From assembly GCF_009914755.1 (NCBI RefSeq), contig NC_060926.1: a stretch of DNA of 64,000 nucleotides; one strand, 5' to 3'. Below the pieces are notes generated by a model that did not search any database, had not been told where the DNA came from, and saw only the letters and a program-made list of their open reading frames with translations. Source of the stretch: the human T2T-CHM13v2.0 reference genome, Homo sapiens. The position numbers and the translations under genes were made by a program. Of the stretch, positions 12,872-26,240 are shown one piece after another (the first letter of the stretch is position 1; each line of letters opens with the position of its first letter).

Positions 12872-13110
12872 GTTTTTATTGTCTATATTTAAGGTGTACC
12901 ATATGGTGTTTTGATATACATATACATGGTAAAACTACTACTACAGTCAAACAAATTAACATCTCTATCATCTCACATTGTGTGTGTGTGTGTGTGTATG
13001 TGTTGTGTGTCTGTGTGTGGTTACAGCACCAAAAATCTACTCTCTTAGCAACGTTCTAGCATACAATATTATTAATTATAGTCCTCGTGATGTAAATTAC
13101 ATGTGTAGAC
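12872..13110 (-). mobile_element. L1MA8/9-type 3' end with (TG)n
   Basis: TATATTTAAGGTGTAC..CAAATTAACAT..AAATCTACTCTCTTAGCAA. Confidence 0.75.
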
Positions 13111-14385
13111 TTTTTCTTATTCAACATTTATTCTGTCTGCTGAATATTTTCCATCCACCTACTTTCAAAGTTATTGTAACTTTAGTGTCAATATATATAA
13201 AAGGTACCTCAAGGAAATCCCTGCTGTCTCTAAAAATAACAGGAGGCACCTTCTTAAGTTTCCTTAAATAGTGATGTAAGATATTCCACAGAAAACCGAC
13301 AAAATGCATCTAACTTAGCAAAGAATACAGATCTGCAATCCAACCTCATTTATCATTGAGCACTTGGAAGCACAGGGCAATTATTTTTAAAGCTATATCA
13401 AAACTCTTCGTGAGAAAAGCAACCATTGTTTTAGAGGTGGAATTGTAAACGTTCTGTGCAAAAGATATATTTAGGCAGAGAGGTGACCTCTGGCCGGCAT
13501 ATTTCCTTTATCAAATAGCTTCTCATGGTGAAGTAGGTATGAGTTGCTTATTAAGCAAATATAGCAATACTTCAAGCCATGAATTTTAGCTAAAACCTTT
13601 TTGTTGAAGTCTAGCAGACTGGCTCTGAACTTAATACCGTGTATCTTGCCAAGTCCAAGAATACTGCAGAGCAAACCAAGCTCCCTTTAGTTTCTGCCTT
13701 GGAGTCACTTCTGCTTTTATTAGTTGTAAAAGGTCAAGTGTTACATGGTTAGACATGTAGATAACCTGGCCCAAATTATGTGCAAATACTTTATTTGAGG
13801 CTTTAATTCCGTACTTTTTAAATGCTGATCAACTGTAAACCATATCTCATTTTTTCTTACTGTTCTGCTTTAAACTTTCTGTTAGTAATAATTTTTATCG
13901 AGCAATATTTGACAAAGATTGTATAAATTTAAGGGGTACAGTTTGATGAGTTGTCAGAGACATACCCTGCAAAATAATCATTTCATACTAATTAACATAT
14001 CTGTAACCTCAGACAGTACTTTCCTTCTTTTTCTGTGTGTGTGTGGCGTAGACACTTAAGATCTACTCTATTAGTAAATTTCAAGTATACGATAAAGTCT
14101 TGTTAATTATAGTCACATGGTTGTACATTACATCTCCAGAACTTATTCATCATGCATAACTGAAACTCTGAGCCCCTTGACCAACATCTCCCTATTTTCC
14201 CTTCCCCATTCCCTGGCAAGCACCATTCTATTCTCTGCTTCCATGACTTTGACATTTTTAGATTCCACATATAAATGATAACAGCAGTATTTGTCTTTCT
14301 GCATCTGGCTTATTTCACTTAGCATATTGTCCTGGAAGCATAATATCTTCCAGGTTTAATTATACAGTCACAAATGGAAGGTTTC

Positions 14386-14751
14386 AGATTTGGTTTGGCT
14401 GTGCCCCACACAAATCTCATCTTGAATTGTAGTTTCCGAAATCCCCAAGTGTCAAGGGAGGGACCAAGTGAAAGGTAATTTAATCATGGGGATGGTTACC
14501 CTCATGCTGTTTTCATGGTAGTGAGTTTTCACAGAATCTGATAGTCTTGTAATGGATGCTCCCCCTTTTGCTGGGTACTTCTCCTTCCTGCTGCCATGTG
14601 AAGAAGATGTTTGCTTCCCCTTCCACCTGACTGTAAGTTTCCGGAGGCCTCCCCAGTCATGCTGAACTGTGAGTCAATTAAACCTCTTTCTTTTATAATT
14701 TACCCAGTCTCAGGTATGTCTTTATTAGCAGCTTGAGAACGGACTAGTACA
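14386..14751 (+). mobile_element. THE1 (THE1C/D-like) MaLR solo LTR
   Basis: TGGTTTGGCTGTG..CAAATCTCATCTTGAATTGTAG..GAACTGTGAGTCAATTAAACCTC..GGACTAGTACA. Confidence 0.9.
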
Positions 14752-14775
14752 ATTTTCTTCCTTTTTAATGACTGC

Positions 14776-14777
<2 letters not shown>

Positions 14778-14823
<46 letters not shown>

Positions 14824-14930
14824 AAATATATCATATATATGATATTCTGTTTTATATATTATATATGATATTCCATTGTATATACATCATATATATTATT
14901 CCATTATATATATATTATATATATATATAT
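14778..14930. repeat. (TG)n followed by degenerate (TA)n microsatellite
   Basis: Direct inspection. Confidence 0.95.
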
Positions 14931-16110
14931 AACATTTCCTTTATCTATTCATCATCAATAAATGTTTAGGTTGTTTCTATATCTTGGCTATTAGAAATCA
15001 TTTTGTATGAACATGGAAGTGCAGATATCTCTTCAACATACTGATTTCATTTCCTTTGGATATATGATCATAAGTGGAATTCCTAGATCACAGGATAGTT
15101 ATATTCATAATCATTTGAGGAAGCTTCATACTATTTTCCAAAATGGCAATACCAAGTTACATTCCCACCAAGATTGCACAAGAGTTTCCTCTTCTCCACA
15201 TCCTCAACAACATTTGTATCTTCAGTCTTTCTAATAATAGCTATTTTAATAGGTATTAGGTGATAGCCCATTGTGGTTTTGATTTACATTTCTCTGATGA
15301 TTAGGGATTATGAGCACCTTTTCATATACTTGTTGACTATTTGTATATCAACTTTTGAGAAACGTTTAATCAGGTCCTTTGCCAATTTTTTAAACAGGTT
15401 TTTTGCTATTGACTTGTATGAGCTTCTTATGTATTTTGCGGATTAACCCCCTATCAGGTATGGTCTGCAAATATTTCGTTGCCTTTTCACTGTGTGGATT
15501 GTCCCTGTTGAAATGCATAAGCTTTTCAGCTTGATGTAATCCCATTTCTCTATTTTTGCTTCCGTTTTCTGTGCTTTTGGTGTTATATCCAAAAATCCAC
15601 TGCCCAGACAAATGTCAAGAAGCTCTTCCCATGTGTTTTCTTCTAGTATTTTTATAGTTTCAGGTATTACTTTTAAGTTTTTAAATCCATTTTTAGTTGA
15701 TTTTTATATATGGTATAATCCAAGGGTCAAATTTCATTCTTCTGCATGTGGACATCCAGTTTTCCCAACACCATTAAAAAGATTATCCTTCTCCCATTTT
15801 GTGTTCATGGCACCTTTACAGATCAGTTGACTATAGATGAGTGGGTTTATTTCTGGGTTCTCTATTCTGTTCCATTGGTCTGTGTCTCTTTTTTTTATGC
15901 CAGTACCACACTGCTTTGATTGCTATCATTTTGTAGTATATTTTGAAGACAGATAATTTGATTCTTGCACTTCATTGTTCTTTCTGAAGATTGCTTTGGC
16001 TACTGGGATTCTTCTGTGGTTCTACATGAATTTCCAGATTTTTTTTTCTACTGCCATAGCAAATGCCACTGGGGTTTTCATAAGGATTGCAATCAATATG
16101 TAGATCACTT

Positions 16111-16803
16111 TGGCCATTCTTGCAGGAGTAAGGTGGTATCACATTGTGGTTTTGATTTGCATTTCTCTGATCATTGGTGATGTTGAGCATTTTTTTCTTG
16201 TTTGTTGGCCATTTGTATATCTTCCTTTGAGAATTTTCTCTTCATGTCTTTAGCCCACTTTTTGATGGGATTTTTTTCTTGCTAATTAGAGTTCTTTGTA
16301 GATTCTGGATATCAGTCCTTTGTCAGATGTATAGATTGTGAAGATTTTTCTCCCACTCTGTGGGTTGTTTACTCTGCAGACTGTTCCTTTTGCTGTGCAG
16401 AAGCTCTTCAGTTTAATTAAGTCCCACCTATTTATCTTTGCTTTTGTTGCATTTGCCTTGGAGTTCTTGGTCATGAAATCTTTGTGTAAGCCAATTTCTA
16501 GAAGGGTTTTTCTGATATTATCTTCTAGAATTTTTATAGTTTCAGGTTTTAGATTTAAGTCCTTTATCCATCATGAGTTGATTTTTGTATAAGATAAGAG
16601 ATGAGGATCCAGTTTCATTCTCCTACATGTGGCTTGCCAGTTATCCCAGAACCATTTGTTGAATATGGTGTCCTTTCCCCACTTTATGTTTTTGTTTGCT
16701 TTGTCTAAGATCAGTTGGAATTACATATTTGGGTTTATATCTGGGTTCTCTATTCTGTTCCATTGGTCTATGTACCTGTTTTTATACCAGTACCATGCTG
16801 TTT
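16111..16803 (-). mobile_element. Inverted 5' part of an L1PB1-like insertion
   Basis: Antisense L1PB ORF2 starting TGGCCATTCTTGCAGGAGTAAGGTGG; ORF track 16286-16474 shows an ORF2 peptide ([19 protein letters not shown]). Confidence 0.9.
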
Positions 16804-17485
16804 TGGCCATAATCAAAAAATAATAAATGTTGGTGTAGATGTGGTGAAAAGGGAACATTTCTAGACTGCTAGTGGGAATGTAAACTAGTACAACAACTAT
16901 GGAAAACAGTGTGGAGATTCCTTAAAGATTAAAAGCAGATCTACTATTTGATCCAGCAATCCCATTACCGGGTATCTACTCAGAGGAAAAGAAGTAACTA
17001 TATGAAAAAGATACTTTCACACACATGATTACAGCAGCACAATTTGCAAATTCAAAAGTATGGAACAAGCCCAAATGCCCATCAATCAATGAGTGGATAA
17101 AAAAAATGTGGTACATATATATGGTGGAATACTACTCAGCCATAAAAAGGAATGAATGAATGGCATTTGCAGCAACCTGGATGGAATTGGAGACTATTAT
17201 TCTAAGTGAACTAACTCAGGAATGGAAAACCAAACATTGTATGTTCTCACTTATAAGTGGGAGCTAAGCTAGGAGAATGAAAAGGCATAAGAATGATACA
17301 ATGCATTTTGGGAACTTGTGGAAACGGTGGGAGGGGGCTGAAGGATAAAAAGCTACAAACTGGGTTTAGTGTATACTGCTCAGATGATGGGTGCACCAAA
17401 ATCTCACAAATCACTAATAAAGAACTTACTCATGTAACCAAATACCACTTGTTCCCTCAAAACCTATGGGAATTTAAAAATAAAA
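16804..17485 (+). mobile_element. L1PB1-like 3' end (non-inverted part)
   Basis: TGGCCATAATCAAAAAA..GATGGGTGCACCAAAATCTCACAAATCAC..CATGTAACCAAA; only a short A-rich end. Confidence 0.9.
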
Positions 17486-17660
17486 GCTTATTTCCTGGAC
17501 ACAATCAGGACCATAATACCCAACTTGCTGAATCATGATAAGGATTAACAATTTTATTAACAATAAAAATATGCAAAGAAAGGTATAAAATCCTAAATCC
17601 ATATGAGGGATAGGCTGTGGTTACGTGCTCTGAGAGACAAACAAGGCCCACAAGCGCTGC

Positions 17661-18049
<389 letters not shown>

Positions 18050-18345
18050 TGATCTCAGGAATGTAGGGCAGTCTCATTCCAGAATCCTACCCTGTAAGGG
18101 CCAGGTTTTTGTCCACAAGTGACTGTCAAAACCAAAGCTCCTTGCTAAAGGGTCTAGCAACCTCTCTCCATTCCTCAAGGGAAGCCCAAACCATACACTT
18201 TAGAGGATGGCTGTAATAGCTATTCATCATTTCTAAATGTTTTGCAGTGAAAAGATCAGTTTTTCTAGTCCACTGTATGGCTAGAAACAGAAACCATAGA
18301 GACACACATTGCTTTTGTCAATAAGTTGGATTCTCCTCTCTCCAC

Positions 18346-18825
18346 TTTTTTGGTACAACTTTATTGATGTAAATTTGAATGCACATATTTGAAGTTTGAA
18401 TTTGAATTTGATCAGTTTTGACACATATACACACCTATGTAATTATCACAATCAATACAGCAAACATTTCCATGATTCTTAATAGTTTCCTTGAGACCCT
18501 TTGTAATCTATGTCTTTTTTTACTCCACCCTCTAGGTAAACACTGGTCTGCTTTCTGTCACTATAGATTATTTTTGTCTTTTCTAGAATTCTATATAAAT
18601 TGGAATAAACAGTGTGTACTCTTTTTTGCCTGAATTCTCATTCAGCATAATATTTAGATCCATTCATGTTGTTTCCCGTATCAGTGGTTCATTCCTTTTA
18701 ATTGCCGAGTTATGTTCTTTTCCATGGATATACAACAATTTATTTATCCTTTACTTGTTGTTGGATGTCTGGGTTATTTCCAGTTTGGGACTATTACAAA
18801 TAAAGGTGTGATAAACATTCATGCC
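18346..18825 (-). mobile_element. Old L1MC/L1ME-type 3' end fragment (within the putative transduction)
   Basis: CTGCTTTCTGTCACTATAGATTA..TTTCCAGTTTGGGACTATTACAAATAAAG. Confidence 0.8.
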
Positions 18826-18836
18826 AAAAAAAAAAA
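18799..18836 (+). terminator. Polyadenylation signal AATAAA with a retrotransposed poly(A) 21 nt downstream
   Basis: AATAAA at 18799-18804, A11 at 18826-18836, immediately followed by the second TSD copy. Confidence 0.7.
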
Positions 18837-19169
18837 CACGTAGACCACTTTTGGGTAGTATGAACATTTTAATGCTATTAATTCTTCAACTATATAAACA
18901 TACAATGTTTCCATTTACCTGTGTCTTCTTTAATTTCATCAATATTTTATAATTTTCATCATCAACTATTATAATATTTTGATAAATTTCATCATCAAAA
19001 TTTTATAATTTTTGTAAGTGTACAAGTGTTTCACTTCTTTGGTTAAGTTTATTCCTGAAAATTTTATTCTTTTTGTTGCTATTGTGAATGGCATTGTTTT
19101 CTTAACTTCCTTTTTGGATAGTTTGTTTTGTATGAATGGAAGCATGATTGATTTTTATAAGTTGGCTTC

Positions 19170-19863
19170 TAAAAAAGATAAATAAAATCAACAAACCCTT
19201 ACTTAGACTAACTAAGAAAAGATAGAGAAGACTCAAAAATCAGAAATAAAACAGGAGGCTTTAAAATAAATGCTTCAGAAATAAAAAGGATCACAAAGGA
19301 AAATTCTGAACAATTATATGGCCACAAGCTGAATAATCTACAAGGAATGAATAAGTTATTAGAAACATATACACTACAAATACCAAATCAAGAAGAAATA
19401 GAAAGCCTGAACAGACTAATAAGAAATATGAAGACTGGATCAGTAATCAAAAATGTCCCAGCAAAGAAAAGCCCAGGACCTGACAGCTGTATGAGTGAAT
19501 TCTAACAATTATTCAAAGAAGAGTTTATACCAATCCTTCTTAACTTCTTCCAAAAACTGAAGAGAGAACACTTCCAAACTCATTTTATGAGGCCAGCATC
19601 ATCCTGACACCAAAACCAGGCAGACACTTCAAAAAAGAAAGCTACAGGCCAATTTCCCTAATATATACACATGCAAACATTTTTACTAAAATACTAGCAA
19701 ACTGAGTTCAACAGGACTTTAAAAGGATCAAACACCATGACCAAGTGGGATTTATCCCAGGGATGGAAGCAGGTCTCGACATACACAAATTAATCAATAC
19801 GATACACCATGTTAACAAAACGAAAGAAAAAACTACCTGATCATCTTAACAGATGCAGAAAAT
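19170..19863 (+). mobile_element. L1M ORF2 segment in sense orientation (probable inverted 5' part of the host L1MA)
   Basis: AAAGCCCAGGACCTGA..CAAACTCATTTTATGAGGCCAGCAT..CAAGTGGGATTTATCCCAGGGATG..GATGCAGAAAA. Confidence 0.85.
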
Positions 19864-20000
19864 GTTATTAGGAATAATCTTCATCCACAACTATCCTGTA
19901 AAAAGCAATCTTATACTGATATAATGCCATTTAAAAATTTGGCTTATTATTTTCCTGGATTTGAATGACAGTGAAACGCTTTATAAAAACACAATAAAAA

Positions 20001-20556
20001 TGATATTGAAATAGGCTTGTTCTGCTCGTCCCACAGAAAGTCAATCACTAAGACAGTGAGTTTTACAGTAGAGAAAATATTTGTTCACAGGGCAACCCAA
20101 TAAGGAGACAGGAGAAAAGTTATCAAATCTGTCTTTCCGAAGATAAGTCTTAGGGAATTTATGGGGTAAAGAACTGGAGTGGTCTAAGGCATGGGGAAAG
20201 GTGACTGGCAGTGAGGAAGAATGAAGTAGTCGGTGATCTGAGCAAGCATAGTCATGGTTCACGGGTCCACATAGGGCTCATGTACAGAAAACAGCAGCAT
20301 TAGCACAACCTGAGGAGGAGTTTTTGATTCTCTGACATCAAAAAAATCACCTCTTGGGCATTTTCCCAAGCCCAGTTGAAGGGTCACTGGTCTGAAATGG
20401 TTCAAGCTGGACAAGAGCTGCCCCAACGTTCCTGAAAAACAACTTGAGCAATTGTAACCGACTTGATGTATACACCGGAGGTGACATCTGTAAGGAAGCT
20501 AGAGAAGGCTAAGTCAACAAGAAACAAGCAACTAAAAGCATTAGCCCTCAGTTTCA
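20001..20556 (-). mobile_element. ERV1-class (MER4-group) solo LTR; subfamily uncertain
   Basis: TG..CA termini flanked by AAAA on both sides (4-bp TSD typical of ERV1); GTCAATCACTAAGACA and GAGACAGGAG..TCAAATCTGTCT motifs. Confidence 0.7.
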
Positions 20557-21289
20557 AAAACAGACCATTTTATACATGTAATAATAAAGGCTGATTTAAT
20601 CATAGTTTGTATTTATTTTGAGATGATGTATGACCATCTTATTGCATATAGGTAGAATGTTAATGAACTTAATTCCTAAGAAAATGCTGCAGCTGCTGCT
20701 TAGAATAGAATCTAGGAGGACTGTTGGGATCAGTATCCAGTGACACTTATATTAAAGCCAGCATGTGTTGCTACCAGAGCCAGTAAGAAGTGGTACCTAG
20801 GGGAGAGAATGAGGTCTTCCATAATTTCTATCAGTTCTTTCAATGCCAAGCAATTCTAAATCTGTATAAAATCTAAGTTATTGATACACCTGAAGGGTAG
20901 CTCTCTAAACACTCTTAACCAGATTGTCACTCTGAAGCTCCTCCTGTTTAAAAATTGTAAGGTTTCCCCTACTCTCAACCAGAGGCAATCCAGTGGGTAT
21001 CCCTAAAGGACTCTCCAAGAAGCCAAGCAATCTGACAGCTGCTCTATATACAGTATCTTTAAACACAGAGTAAATTCACATATTCTCACCACTCACTAGA
21101 TCAGGATTCTAATAAACAGAACCACAGTTCTCCAGGAAGTCCCTAAAATTAATGAAGATGCATCAGTTTATCAAGCTCCAAGGAATCAAGCCTAGTGACA
21201 ACTAGAATTATTAAAAGGCATCAACTGATAAACATGTCCTTAACTGAACTAGAGATTTCTCAGAAGATCTTCAAAATTTTCTCGGCTTC

Positions 21290-21470
21290 CTTAGTATACA
21301 AAGTAAGGTCAGAAGACTTCATCTGGTGTCATGACTCCAACACTAGCTGAGTCATCTGAACACAATGACCACCTTTTCTACACTTCAATTTCTCATCTGG
21401 AAAAAAAAAATTAAGAGCTGGGCTTGATCATTTCTAAGTTCTTTTTTGCTCTAAAATTCTATGAATCTAC
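21290..21470 (+). mobile_element. MIR (MIR3/MIRc-like)
   Basis: CACTAGCTG..CTTCAATTTCTCATCTG..GCTCTAAAATTCTATGA tail. Confidence 0.65.
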
Positions 21471-22233
21471 AAATATATAAATCACTTTCATTTTATATCA
21501 GTTTTTCCTTCTGAAGAGAAAAACAGAAGGAACCAAGCCTTGCTAAACTTCAGGGGATTGAGCTGTTATTAGTTTAGAATGTAGCTGTTCTTTGCTAGGA
21601 CAATTGCAGTCTAAACAGTGGTTTCTTCATCAAAGAGAACAGAGCTTACGCACAGGAGGACTAATAAATGAAGGAGGTTAGCTCTCCATGAAGAATGGGA
21701 AAGTTTGCTTCTGAAGGTTACCCACTTTCTAGTGAACCTGTGAGTTAAAACGCAATTTTTTGCTGCTTCATGTAGAATGTCAGGGTGATCACTGAGTAGA
21801 ATGTTCAGAATGTGACAAAGCAGGAAGTCTGGGTCAAAATTTCGGGCTACCGTAGGTCAAGACTTTTGGGCAATGGTAGATTGAAGTAATTCAATAGGCA
21901 TTCTCTTTTGTTATTGCAAAGATATATTTATAAAATGACTTTTTTGATGAAGTCATGTAAGGTTATTTTACCACTGATATTTCACAACTGAGTCTTAAAA
22001 GATTCATTGTCTCCACAGTGGATTTTCTTCATTCAACTCTCAAAGTTTCTTTTTTAATTAAAGTTATTTTATCAAATAATAAAAATGTACATATCTTTGC
22101 AATGCAGTTGTTCATTGGAAGTGTTAAACCTTGAGAACAATGACAAGTAAATAAGCCAATTTGGTGAGCCTCTCAATCACTAAGTTAAACAGAGAACATT
22201 AATGCTTACATATGGTTGTGGCTGCTCCTTCGG

Positions 22234-22290
22234 TATTTAGTTCAACTATATGAAATTGCTGATATTCATTTATCTTTGAACTATAAATTT
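22234..22290. mobile_element. Partial MADE2 (mariner-derived MITE)
   Basis: TATTTAGTTCAACTATATGAAATTGCTGATATTC resembles the recalled MADE2 left arm; right arm missing. Confidence 0.5.
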
Positions 22291-23690
22291 TTATCTTTTA
22301 TCATGATACTTCTTTCCCATCATGAAAAAATATTATAAAAGTCAACTTTGAAAATTCTGAACAGCAAATATACCCAGCTATGCTGGCATATGATTGAGTA
22401 GACAAATTTGCAGAATCATTATACATTTCATTATAATTTTTAATCACCTTTATTTGACCATCAGAATCACACTGAGGAGCTCAAATGGCAAGCAGCTTAA
22501 GACAAGGAGGTCCCACAGAAGCAAGCAGTGGCTGCTGATGTGTTCAGCATTGTAATACCCTTTATAAAATGTTGTCTTTCCTGTAGTTTTACATACCATA
22601 GGTGCAGCTGAAACTGTTCATTTCCAAATATCTTTTTAACTGATGACCTTCTTGCTGAAAATGCAGGTCTTATTGGACAATTCTTTGCAAACTATTTACA
22701 TCATCAAGCAGGTTGAAAATTAATATGCTTTGCATTGGTAAGTAAAATAGCAATCAATAAACATGACCACATTCTTACTAAAAGCTTTAAAACTGGTTTA
22801 ACCCAAATCTTTCAACCAGTTAGCTTTTCAAGTATGAAAAACACATTTTACTATGGTGATTTATTATTTTAATCTATAGGAGTTCCTTCTGTCTCTTAGC
22901 TGCCTATTTTCTAACAAAACTGATTTTCCCAGATGTATCATTTAGTACTTCACTAAATTATTTTCTATTATGAGAGCTTTACTTCTTCATTAATTCTGAT
23001 AATAACCTTAAACAACAAATATTTTCTATTTGCTTTTTTTACTATGCTTTATTTTGTTTTATAGTTTTATTGTCTTTAGCCAGTCACTTTGGTTTTTTGT
23101 TGCTCTTTCTATAAAATATACTTCAAAGTGTGCATACTTAGAATTTAAATATCACTAAGAGAATCATAATAACACCCAGACTTTATGAATAGTTTTCTAT
23201 ATGCCAGAACTATGTTAATGGCATAAATATGCTATTGCACTTAAGTGCTTAATTTGTGCTTAATATTTTATCATACAAATAATAACAAAGTTTAAACTCA
23301 GTTGACTAGAAAATCAAATAAAATGCACATTATCATAAAATTCTAACTAGAAATATACCCTATACTGATTAAAGTCATTTAAGTTATTGATAGATGGATA
23401 GATAGATAGAGAGTTTTCATTGGAATTGCACTAAATCTGTATATTGGTTTGGAAGAAACAACACTTTTATAATATGAAGCCACTTCAAGAAAGCCCACTG
23501 AGTGTATTTTTAAAATCATATAAAATTTTGTAACTATTTTCATAAATATTTCTTTTAAAGTTTTATCTGTATATTGTTATATTTATTGCTATTTGTAAAT
23601 TGAATGCTTCTACCATAATTTTTATTATAATTAATAAAATTTTATAGTTTTTTTTACCCCCTGAGTACTGTATTAAGGGCCTTAGAGTAA

Positions 23691-24043
<353 letters not shown>

Positions 24044-25830
24044 TTATTAACCTCACTTTACAAGTAAGAAAAAAGTCTTGAAGAATTTGAATAGCTTTTG
24101 AAGATCATACAACTATTATGACACTCCGTTTCTAGTCATATTTTATTTTAGCTTAGCAATTTCACAAAAGACATATCCAAACAATACCCAGAACTGGATA
24201 CATAGCCAATAATTGGATGAAACTTATCTTTGGGTAAAAATTATTTGGGGAGGTATCATTTTCTTTCAGATTGGTCAGTGTCCTTTAGCCACATGGACAA
24301 ACCATTTAGACAAGGCACGTATCTGATAACATACACACAGAAAAAAGTTTATGGCCTAAAGAAGCTGGACATCTTAAAACCTTATTTATATAATCAAAAC
24401 TAGGATTTTTATTTTGAAATCATGGCATTATTTTCAAACAAAAACTCTGTAGTTCTTCAAACTTGGCGTAGTGGGGGAAGTGTTCATTGTTATCAGCTCG
24501 ATTCCTGTTTTGATTCTTAATTTCTGCACATTCTGGAGATCAACAATGTTCTAAATTTTTGCTGTTTAGTAAGTACGTATGTTTTGGCAGAGTAGTATGA
24601 ATCCATTATCCTGCAAATCACAGGAGATCTAATGATTTTAGTCTCCCAGAGCTTTATCTTTTCAAAGCCTTAAGTTAGAGAAAGCAGCTCTGTAAGTCAT
24701 CCCCCTGTTTTATGGACTATATGAAATTAAAGTAGCTTCCCACTTTGGTTAAGTTTCTTCCAAATAACCCAGAAGCTGACCATGGCTGAAAAACAAAGAA
24801 AATATAAAGGAAGAAGAAGGAAATTCACATTTGCAATCACTGTTACTATCACATTTTTTAAAAAGCCTCATTGCAGATTTTACAACCTTTTTTAGATAAA
24901 TAATGCAGCAGGATAGGATAGAAAGCCACAACAGTCTTTCTATCCTAGCTTAAATAAACTCTTGAAATATTTTTATCCTTCTTTATTTGTTGGTTTCGTT
25001 TTGTATTGGTACCATACTATCCATTATAGTTAAATAATAGATTTTAAGTACCAGGAGTTTTCTGTATATAAATTGCTCAAGATGACCACATTAGTTCCAT
25101 GTAATTTCCATTTCTGCCTTGTTGGTCTCTCTCAATAATGCATCACACACATAAAAGGGGCTGAGGAACAATCATTAGGTAAATAATCAGCCCACATCAT
25201 TGGCAGGTTGCCCATGCCTTGAGCTGCAATATATATTCTGCAGGCCTGAAACCTGGAAGCCTATTCTTTCTTTCTATTACATATAATACAAAGGAGTTCA
25301 TTTTCATCACTCAGAAGAATAATGCTTTTACTTGGAAGCTTTGTTCTGATTTATAGCATAAGCTACCCTTCTTCAGGATAAAATGATGGTTTTAAATGGC
25401 ACGTCTGAAAATTCTTCTCTATGCAGGTCACTGAAGGTGGAAAAATATCATTCTGTTCACACCTAGACCATGAAAAAAACCAAAATTGTTTGGGATATAG
25501 TTTCTCTTAAACCTCTTTCTCACATATAAAAAGCATAAGGAGAAATTGCACTTCATGTAATTCCTATTGCTTATGCACTTAATAGGCCATGCACTTATAT
25601 TAGTGTGGGGCAAAATATGTGAAATGTTAGACAAGGTAATCGAGGGGTAATATGTATGTGTGTGCGGTAAAGTAAAATATAGACACAAAACTACTCTGTA
25701 TTGGCAGAGAAGTGGGTAGTAGAATGTAGAGATGAGTTAAAGGGTAAAAGGGATTATGATATCTCATGTCTACAGTAGGTTTGAGAGAAATTTAAAAAGT
25801 AATTTTGCTACAAAGAAATTAGAATGAGAA

Positions 25831-25930
25831 GCAATAAATGAGACAATAAAATGAGACAATAAAATAAAATAAATGAGACAATAAAATAAAATAAAATAAA
25901 AATAAATGAGACAATAAAAAATGAGCAATA
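25831..25930. repeat. Compound tandem repeat of AATAAA(A)TGAGAC and (AAAAT)n
   Basis: ATGAGACAATAAA repeated 4 times plus a degenerate copy. Confidence 0.9.
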
Positions 25931-26025
25931 AAAAGACACTCTTTTTTTTCTCTTTCTTATTTGAGGCTTCCGTTGTCTTAAAACCTTGTTTTCCTGCTCT
26001 TACCAAAATGTGACTTAGTTGAGTC

Positions 26026-26168
26026 TTGTGGATATATGCTACATTTGTGGATGTATGCTACCCTTTTGTGCTGTGTGTATGCTACAGATTTGTGGATGTA
26101 TGCTACACTTGTGGATATATGCTACCTTTGTGGATATATGCTACATTATGGATATATGCTACATTTGT
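26026..26168. repeat. Minisatellite with a ~19-bp unit TTGTGGAT(A/G)TATGCTACAT, about 7 copies
   Basis: Direct inspection; explains the repetitive ORF at 26026 (WIYAT repeats). Confidence 0.95.
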
Positions 26169-26240
26169 ATCACTAAAAAGAAGAGAGTTTTTGTCTGATT
26201 ATCATTATTTTAAAAAGGAAAAAGAATATCAAAACACAAT

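Noticed and set aside
21346-21355. ARE-like motif ATGACTCAGC (minus strand) in MIR
   Set aside because: Single short motif in a diverged repeat with no supporting context
26026-26168. Repeat array as a CRISPR-like locus or repetitive protein (WIYAT repeats)
   Set aside because: Units are head-to-tail with no unique spacers, in a primate context; it is a plain minisatellite and the ORF runs on into antisense L1
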